From Histomonas meleagridis 2922-C6/04-290x (Eukaryota > Protista > Parabasalia): 64,000 bases of DNA. The notes under the pieces were generated by a model that saw only the letters and a list, made by a program, of their open reading frames with translations, was not told the DNA's origin and ran no database searches. The translations under genes were made by a program, and so were the position numbers. Within the stretch, counting starts at the first letter, position 1. Each line of letters begins with the position of its first letter. The stretch is taken from contig JAANOX010000265.1 of NCBI GenBank assembly GCA_020184695.1, positions 1-64,000 on the forward strand, read 5' to 3'. This document shows, in pieces, positions 55,939 to 64,000 of this stretch.

Positions 55939-56430
55939 GTTCAGACAACGGTTAAAACGGTTATGTTATAACTTGAAGTTATTACAAACTGTATAAAATG
56001 AAACCAGAGCAGTATGCTGATTTGATCTATACATATATTGTATTTACATTTTTTCTTAGTTCTTAAATTTGAAAAGTACTTAATAAAATCATTTGTATCA
56101 AATGGGTAATATTATTTTAGATAATTTTATCCAAAAATATTTATAAAAAATCATTGTCTCTTTTTCATCTTCTTTTGTTTTTGAAACAATAAAATGAAAT
56201 TTCCTACTCATTTCTAGTATTTTATTTTCGCAAGAGTTAAAAATTATTTATTGAAGCCTAATTGCTTTTTTGCCACATATAATTAGAAAATATCGTATCG
56301 TTTTTTTAACCATTTTCGAGGCATGTGCAAATTTTCATCATCCATTTGCACTGCATAGTTTGTATTCTTAATATGAACTATCATAATTATCGATGATTAT
56401 ATATATAATTTGAGTTTTGGCAGAGGGAAC

Positions 56431-56872
56431 AAAACACAATAATTATTTTCGATAATAAAACGCAATAATTATTTTCGATAATAAAACACAATAATTATTT
56501 TTGATAATAAAACACAATAATTATTTTCGATAATAAAACGCAATAATTATTTTCGATAATAAAACGCAATAATTATTTTCGATAATAAAACACAATAATT
56601 ATTTTCGATAATAAAACACAATAATTATTTTTGATAATAAAACACAATAATTATTTTCGATAATAAAACACAATAATTATTTTCGATAATAAAACGCAAT
56701 AATTATTTTCGATAATAAAACGCAATAATTATTTTCGATAATAAAACACAATAATTATTTTCGATAACAAAACACAATAATTATTTTCGATAATAAAACA
56801 CAATAATTATTTTCGATAACAAAACACAATAATTATTTTCGATAACAAAACACAATAATTATTTTCGATAAT
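56431..56872. repeat. 26-bp minisatellite, 17 copies
   Basis: Unit AAAAC(A/G)CAATAATTATTTT(C/T)GATAA(T/C); 442 bp = 17 x 26. Confidence 0.95.
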
Positions 56873-57001
56873 AAAATGTCCGCACACCATTGAACATATT
56901 CCATTTCACATAATAACAACCAAAATGCAACAAAATCATTTAAATCTATTTTATTACTGACATAATATAAAACACAAAAACAAATATATATTTGATAGGT
57001 T

Positions 57002-59312
57002 TCACTTGTCGTTATCGCTTTGATGTATTGGCTGCTGTATTCTTTTTGTAATTTTCGGTAATTCGGAGTCTATCGAGAAACTTTTAGAGAATGTCAAATC
57101 CTGGAAAGTTATCTCGTCGAGTACGTCCTCGAGGTTACTTTTCGCTCTATGTTTCATTTTCTTCATCAGTTCCTTATTTGTTTGCGACAATTTCTTTACG
57201 TCGACAGAAGGAAATTGTAATATATCTTCATCGAGTTCTTCAGTGTTTACGCTATCTTCGGTACCTTCTGTAGCTGCTTTAATGTCTTCTAATATATCGT
57301 CGTCGTCCTTCGTTTTCCATGTGTATCTTTGCTCGAAATATTCGGTACTTAACTTTCCGCTAATTTCGGGAACAAAAGGAGGTGGCAATGAATCAATGTC
57401 ATCCCAATCAATGACAGAGAACCATGGATGCTTCATTATCTCGTCAATTCCTTTAGCTCCAAGTCGTTTAGTTGGATCGGATTGGAGTAACCCTTTTAAT
57501 AATGAGATAAGTTCGGAACTTAAATCATTTTCATATAACGTCCAATCAATTTGATTGGCTAAAACAGCTGAAAATGTTTCAACTTCTGTGTTGTGATGAA
57601 ATGGTGGAATTCCAATGACTAATTCAAAAATGACAATGCCTAACGACCAATAATCAGCTGTGCAATCATGTGGCTGTGATAATATTATTTCAGGTGGTAA
57701 ATAATCGGGCGTCCCAACAACTGAGACATTATCATTAGTAATGGGTTGCGTTATGTTGGAATCATCATCCATACATCGATCTGCTGTACCAAATAAACTT
57801 AAACCAAAGTCTGTAAGTTTAAGTTTACCTTGATCTGTAATTAATATGTTGTCTGGTTTTAGATCTCGATGAACTATTCCTAAATCATGAAGACATTGTA
57901 AAGCTTTAACTATTTGTACAGTATAAATACGAGCATTTTCTTCATCTAAACATCCAATCTTATTAAGTAAGGAATAAAGATCTCCACCTGGAAGATATTC
58001 CATCACTAAATAAAGATTATGGACTCCAATAATTGAATAATCTATGTGTTAGTTGTAAATTTAAAAAGCCCATTAAAAAAATTTCATTGAAATTTGATAT
58101 GTGTCACTTTTTTAAAAAGTGGCGCACATCAAACTATTGAAATTTCTTTTGATGAGCTAAAAAAAACATACAGAAATTAACTATGTAGGGATTATCGTTC
58201 TGCAATAAAATATCTTTCTCTGTGATAAGCCTCTGGAGTTGATTCTTTTGTGCAAGTGATGCCCTTGAAGTAACTTTGATTGCATAGATATCTCCCGTTT
58301 TCTTCTTAATGGCAAGAAAAACTCGAGCATAAGCACCACTTGAAATAGCTTTAACAAACTCAAAATCAGCAATCGATACTTGCAATGAGATTGAAGATGC
58401 CTCATTACCTGTGACGCGTGTAGATTGAAGTTCATTTGTAGCATTTGTTAAAGATGAACATGCATGTAACTTTTGGATTGTGAGTTCTTTAGCTTTGGTA
58501 AGCATAGATTCTGCATTTTGATCTGGTGGAATTTGAATTGTTTTAAGTGATTTGTTAGTAAAAGCAATTACATCTGCATCTCGAGCTGATGATGTACTTG
58601 CTTTACGCACTTTTTCGAGAAGAAGAACAAGGTGAAACATTGGGAGATATGTCCCAACACATTTATCTTCATCTCCTGGCCATGTATGATTTAAGAAATT
58701 ATTTCTGATAGAATTTTCAAGTTTTGTAATTCGATCATCAACGGTCATTATCTTGCATTCTGACTCATAGGCACGCATACATGAATTGGAATGTGATTCA
58801 ATCAAAGATAATGGTACATATTCTTCGCAAATTCTGCATAAAACAAGCATGTCTTCAACTCTAGGTGTTGGCTTGGGTATCTCATCAACAGGATGCTGAG
58901 GTGCTGCTGGTAAAACGCATTCAATGATTGAAAAAACTCGAGATAATGCTATCGACGAAGATAATACTTTTTGACATAACTTTTTAATGTTTGTTGGCAA
59001 CTTTTCGCTTTCTATAAAAGCTCTTAGAGATGGAATTGCATTTTTAGCTTGTTGGAAAATACATCCAAAATTTGTTAAGAGAAGACTTTCTACTAAATAC
59101 TGAATATAATCAAGTGAACTTGACTTTGTACCTGCTATTAATTTATTTAGAGTTGATTGAACATCTTCTAATATTGTTCTTTGAGCTTTTAAAAAAATGT
59201 ATGTTTTCGAATAAGTTCCAACTCCAACTTGGCTGAACCCTAATATTTCGTCTTGCTTAATAGAATGACCATCACCAATTAGATTTGTTAGAGTTGAAGC
59301 GAACAAAGACAT
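57002..59312 (-). CDS. AGC kinase, Rim15/IRE/MAST-like, two exons (59312-58172 and 58041-57002), 726 aa
   Basis: Zn-finger-like CRICEEYVPLSLIESHSNSC; ISSGAYARV, AIK, HRDLKPDN, TDFG, VGTPDYLPPE. Splicing restores ..IVNF-YYSIIGVHNLYLVMEYLPGGD in frame (2181 nt). Confidence 0.93.
58042..58171 (-). other. Canonical trichomonad spliceosomal intron, 130 nt
   Basis: Begins GTATGT and ends ACTAACACATAG (fused branch point/3' site of trichomonad type); removal joins two kinase ORFs in frame. Confidence 0.95.
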
Positions 59313-60346
59313 TGCGATCGAGTAACGTAAAACCGACAAAGCAAAAGTTCTATCGTACCATTCAAAAATCGATCACGACCAAGAAAACGTTGGAAAAAAG
59401 TTGTATTTTATACAACACATCACTCATTCATCCGTCAATTAAGAGAATAAATATTCAGTATTAAAATGTCTTCTAAATTAATATAGTAATCAAATTTATT
59501 CGTTCAATATTAGAACTGAATTAGATCCAAGAGAATGTGGACTTTTTACGATCAAAACCTTCACAAAAGTAATTTCATAGAAAAGATGTTTTAGAATACA
59601 TTAGAATTTTAACTGATTCATTATTTCTTCTGCATAATGATGAGCCATATATTTGGCATAATTTCTTCAAATTGAAACGAATAATCGTTTTTTGAATTGA
59701 TTTGAATTGAAATAATGGTTTCTCAAAAACTACTTGTTACTGAAATCATTCAAAATAACTCCCCAAAAGATGACATAAGCAAAAAATGAAAATTTAAAAC
59801 TCATTGCACAATCTTATTACATGAATTTGTTTCTTTCACTAGACAACAACGAAAATCTTGAGACACAAATAGGTTTTTTTTTTTTTTTTAAAGATGAAAA
59901 GATTCTTTTCAAAAGATCAAATAAAAATTGATATTTTACGTTTATTTAATTATTTTATTGTATTTATTAACTAGCAAATTTGGTTCCTTTCCACAATTTC
60001 AATTTTTCGCTTGATTATTGTTTCAATTTCATTTTGGATTTCTGTTTTGACTCAATTTGGCAATATAATGTCGTTCATATCAACAAATGCTTCAATCAAT
60101 TTAGATAACCCTCAAATATTATTTTGAAATATCGTATATCAAATTTGATATATTTTTTAATGAATCTCATTTTTATCATATAATTTCTTAAGAAACTATT
60201 ATTTTTAAAGAGGAAAAGCATGCTTGTTACATGTAACTCCGAAAAAAAAGTAACTGTTGGCATTTGACAAAATTAAGTATTCAATCCAGTTCTGGGGGAT
60301 CCCGTTTTATAAATTGAACAAAATTTGTGGCCGTTTAATAATACCA

Positions 60347-61729
60347 ATGCTTGGTGAAAACCAGAACTTAACTTCTTCTGGGGGTGAAATTCTTCAAAAG
60401 TCTGTTTTCAAAAAATTACTTATTTCACTAGAACAAACCATTTTTAATTTCTTTAGTGAAAATCTTGAAGCATCAGTTCAACAAACTATGAAGTTATATG
60501 ATTTGGAGAACCAATTTTCATTTTATTTCGTCATAGGCAATTTAATTTATTATGGATTTATATCAAAAAATAATTCATTTGATACATACATAAAATACCT
60601 AAAAGCAATTCAAACAAAAGAAGATGAAATGATCAAAAATAAGAGCAAAATATTTGAAGCTTTTTCTCAATGTATGCTTCAAATAGGAACACTTGAATCA
60701 TATTATTTAATTGAAAAAATGATAGATCTAAATTTAATTAATGAAAATATTATTAAAAATATTGATTCGTTATATTTTGCTCATCGCAAACAAATAAAAA
60801 AAGATTCTTTTTTGTGGAAATGTATTTTGAATAGGTATTCTTATTTTGAAGAAACTTCAAAAAATAATTGGGAACTTCATAAGAAATTAATTGAAGAAGG
60901 ACATAATCCAAATGAAATTGCGAAAATAATTCGAAATGATGAAATCGAAAAACTTCAAGAAATATCATCACAAAATGATTTTAATTTTAATCAGGCAATA
61001 CGACCATCAGTTTATGAAAGAAGTTCATTTGTTAATAATTGGGTTCCATTAATTGAATATGCAGCATTTTTTGGATCAGTTAAATGTTTTAAATATTTAC
61101 TTATGAATGGCTCTAACATAAATAATACAGGCAAATATGCAGTTGCAGGTGGAAATGAAGAAATTATTCATTTATGTGAACAAAATCATTCATCATTTGA
61201 AGGTGCATATGAAGCAGCAATTAAATTCCATAGGAATGCTATTTTTTATTATATTTACGAAAAGAAATTAGAATTATTTGACAAAAATGCAAAACAAAAT
61301 TCACAGTCTTTAGGAAATATAATTCAATCAAATGATAATCAACTAATGTTTCCATTAAATATACATGGAGTTAAGTATAGAGAAAATAATCAAAATCATC
61401 CATTTTTTACATTAAATGATAATCAACAAAAAATATGTCAAACCATTAATGATTTAGGTTGTTATTGTATTATGTATGGAAATTATGAAATACTTTCATT
61501 TTTAGAAGATGAAGGTATTGAAGGAAGTGATTTTCTAATAAATAAATCCGCATCAGTTGGTAACTTATATCTTGTTAAATATTTTATCAAAGATAATCAA
61601 TTTCCAAAAGATATTTTAATTTTTTCATCAAAATCAGGAAATGTTGAACTTGTCAAATACATCATTGAACAAAAAGTAATTGATATTAATAATAAAGATA
61701 TGCGTTTGATTAATTTAGTATATATATAA
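60347..61729 (+). CDS. DUF3447/ankyrin-repeat protein, contiguous 5' part (locus 2)
   Basis: IIRNDEIEKLQEI, LIEYAAFFGSVKCFKYLLMNG, SGNVELVKYII; paralog of 32643-33827; stops 9 codons into the first spacer. ATG at 60347 (track start 60257 is TTG). Confidence 0.85.
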   Translation: MLGENQNLTSSGGEILQKSVFKKLLISLEQTIFNFFSENLEASVQQTMKLYDLENQFSFYFVIGNLIYYGFISKNNSFDTYIKYLKAIQTKEDEMIKNKSKIFEAFSQCMLQIGTLESYYLIEKMIDLNLINENIIKNIDSLYFAHRKQIKKDSFLWKCILNRYSYFEETSKNNWELHKKLIEEGHNPNEIAKIIRNDEIEKLQEISSQNDFNFNQAIRPSVYERSSFVNNWVPLIEYAAFFGSVKCFKYLLMNGSNINNTGKYAVAGGNEEIIHLCEQNHSSFEGAYEAAIKFHRNAIFYYIYEKKLELFDKNAKQNSQSLGNIIQSNDNQLMFPLNIHGVKYRENNQNHPFFTLNDNQQKICQTINDLGCYCIMYGNYEILSFLEDEGIEGSDFLINKSASVGNLYLVKYFIKDNQFPKDILIFSSKSGNVELVKYIIEQKVIDINNKDMRLINLVYI

Positions 61730-62613
61730 ATAATTTCAAATTTTAAATTAATATTTGGAAATCACTTATAATATTTTGGACAGCACTTATGTCAGCATCT
61801 AATTTTAATAACATAGAAATAGTTAAATTACTTCTTGAACAAGAAGGAATTGATATTAATGCTAAAAATTTTTATTTGTTTTATTTAATATTAATATTAA
61901 TAATTTGATATTATAAAATAATATTTGGTAATTATTTAAATTATTTAATACAGCACTTATTTGTGCATCTATAAATGGTAATGCAGATATAGTTAAATTA
62001 CTTCTTGAACAAGAAGGAATTGATATTAACGCTAAAGATATTTATTTGTTTTATTTAATATTTATTTTAATAACTTGGTATTTCATAATAATATTTGGAA
62101 AAAATTTTATATTATTTAAAACAGCACTTATGTGGGCATCTGAAAATGATCATACAGAAGTAGTTAAATTACATCTTGAACAAAAAGGAATTGATATTAA
62201 TGCTAAAGATATTTAATTTATTTATTTAATATTTATTTTAATAATTTCAAATTTTATCTTAATATTTGAAAATTATTTTATTTATTTCAAACAGCAATTA
62301 TAAAAGCAATCAAACATGGTCACCTTGAAATTGTTAAATTACTTCTTAGTCAAAAAGATATTGATATTAATGTTAAAGATATTTTTTTGTACTATTTAAT
62401 ATCAGTTTTGGTAATATAGGGTTATAAGATAATATTTGGAAATTATTTATATTATTTAGAACAGCATTTATGTTAGCATCTCAATGTGGTAAGACAGAAG
62501 TAGCTCAATTACTAATTGAACGAAAAGGAATTAATACCAATACTAAACAAGTTGTTTATTTTTGCTTTTTATAATTTTAAAATAACATTTGATGTTTTTC
62601 CAAATTTTTTAGA
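61700..62613 (+). other. Ankyrin cassette/spacer array, locus 2 (5 intact cassettes, 6 spacers, about 170-bp period)
   Basis: Cassettes 61780-61869, 61950-62039, 62121-62210, 62291-62380 and 62461-62550, each 90 bp and stop-free; spacers 80, 80, 81, 80, 80 and 63 nt. Confidence 0.94.
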
Positions 62614-62949
62614 AGAGCAAATCATTTTAACAAGAATAAGATATTGATCATATTATGATTTATGACAAATAATCATCCAAAATGACTAAAATATAAAAGG
62701 GTTAATATGGGTTGGATCCTCAAAAAGTGCTTTCGCATAATGCTGAAATTTTTCATAAAAAAATACAAATATTACTCAGGAAATCTTTTGAACGAATATT
62801 CACACAAAATTTTTACTTTTATCTTTATAAGAATAGATAAATATATTCGAAACAAAACACAAATAAAAATTTTTTATTTTAATTTTCAATTCAAATAAAA
62901 TTATTTTTTTACACTTTCACATGCATCTTCATCAGTTTTATTCTCTATT

Positions 62950-64000
62950 TTAAATCAAAGAATCAATGATGGCCATTGTTGAACATCTCAGCAACCTTCC
63001 CCTTTGGAAGTTGTTTATTCTCTCTTCTTGGCTTTTAACTGGTGGAACAAATGTTTTCTCAGGAACATTTGGATCGCCTTTCCAATATGGCAAAAACAAC
63101 GTCGCCAAACCTTTGTTCTGACTGGATCTTGCGACGTGGTAAGGATGAGCCTCAACAGATGACTCTGGGTTAACACCAATGGATAATAATACTTCGGCCG
63201 CTTCTGCATTTCCATAATATGCAGCGTATGACAAAGCTGACCAGCCGCCGTGATCCAATACGTTCACGTCATGCATGTTTAAGCCTATGATCATACATAT
63301 TAATGGATTTCCATTTGATGCAGCTTCATGTAATGGTGAATATCCTCCAGTATCAAATGTTTTATTCTTCTTGGAGATGCAGATTGCATGTAATACATCT
63401 TGAACGTTGCCTGATTTAATGGCAGCATCTAAAGGTGGTGCATTTAATGCAACAAAATCAAAGTCTTGATACTTCTTAGTGATGAAAGCTTCGCGTTCTT
63501 CTTTGGTTGAGTTAGGTGTGATCTTTAAGTTTGGATCTAAGTTGGATTCCAAGACGACGTTAGCATTGTCATTGCCGATCTTATCAAAAAGTTGTATCGT
63601 ATAGTTATCTAAACGGTCGAGTGTGAGCGAACGAACTTTTGAGACGGAGGACGTTAAGCTACGGTGTACCCCGGAACAATGTATACAAATACAAATTCCC
63701 CAATTAATACAACACCATGAAGGATTAGGTGCACCACAATCGGCACAAACAGTATTACATTGTTTGGTAAATGCCATTTGAGAAGTATCTTGTTCTATAG
63801 TAGATTGTGATGTTTCATCAGAATGATCGAGAAGATATTGAATGTTGTTTTGAATAACATTCATCCATTCCAGCATATCCCATTCAGACATAGCTTGAAG
63901 AGTATAATTTTTCTCTTGTGATATTATCATGAAACAATTTCTTCGTTCTGGATCTTTGATGGATTTAACTGAAGTTAAAAGAAGATTTAGAACGCCTTTG
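62950..64000 (-). CDS. ArfGAP with PH and ankyrin domains (ACAP/centaurin-beta-like), 5' part outside the window
   Basis: The frame is open to the window edge (PH end ..RRNCFMIISQEKNYTLQA..EWMNVIQ); CADCGAPNPSW..CIHCSGVHRSL with the catalytic Arg; ankyrin SPLHEAA, SALSYAA. Confidence 0.92.
   Translation of the reverse strand, partial: KGVLNLLLTSVKSIKDPERRNCFMIISQEKNYTLQAMSEWDMLEWMNVIQNNIQYLLDHSDETSQSTIEQDTSQMAFTKQCNTVCADCGAPNPSWCCINWGICICIHCSGVHRSLTSSVSKVRSLTLDRLDNYTIQLFDKIGNDNANVVLESNLDPNLKITPNSTKEEREAFITKKYQDFDFVALNAPPLDAAIKSGNVQDVLHAICISKKNKTFDTGGYSPLHEAASNGNPLICMIIGLNMHDVNVLDHGGWSALSYAAYYGNAEAAEVLLSIGVNPESSVEAHPYHVARSSQNKGLATLFLPYWKGDPNVPEKTFVPPVKSQEERINNFQRGRLLRCSTMAIIDSLI

Noticed and set aside
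61700-62613. CRISPR-like repeat-spacer array
   Set aside because: The repeats are protein-coding ankyrin blocks, the spacers are homologous to one another, the context is eukaryotic and there are no cas genes.

Overview
AT-rich eukaryotic genomic DNA from a parabasalid (trichomonad sensu lato; Tritrichomonas/Histomonas-like). This rests on very few introns, one intron with the trichomonad GTATGT...ACTAACACATAG signals, BspA-like and DUF3447-ankyrin gene families, and an enolase with an N-terminal extension. The window holds about 28 protein genes: axonemal dynein heavy chain, giant formin, HMG-CoA synthase, LSm3, STE20 and Rim15/IRE-like kinases, Vid27, SAPS-like, CARMIL-like, ARF1, F-BAR/SH3, WDR55, DRG, enolase, DAG kinase, UBX, Brr6/Brl1, Ykt6, DJ-1, HP1-like, a glycosyltransferase-like gene and a partial ArfGAP. 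It also holds two tRNAs (including an unusual Ile-GAU), a pogo/Fot1 transposon nested in a MITE, a perfect (AAT)271 tract and a 26-bp minisatellite. The most striking feature occurs at two paralogous DUF3447-ankyrin loci (33.8-34.4 kb and 61.7-62.6 kb). Each ORF stops prematurely and continues as an array of 90-bp in-frame ankyrin cassettes. The cassettes are separated by mostly 80-nt AT-rich spacers that lack GT-AG/branch-point signals but carry ATTTG(G/A) ending almost always exactly 21 nt before the next cassette. This suggests a non-canonical splicing, recoding or cassette-assembly system. All annotations are by-eye motif recognition; no database searches were run.
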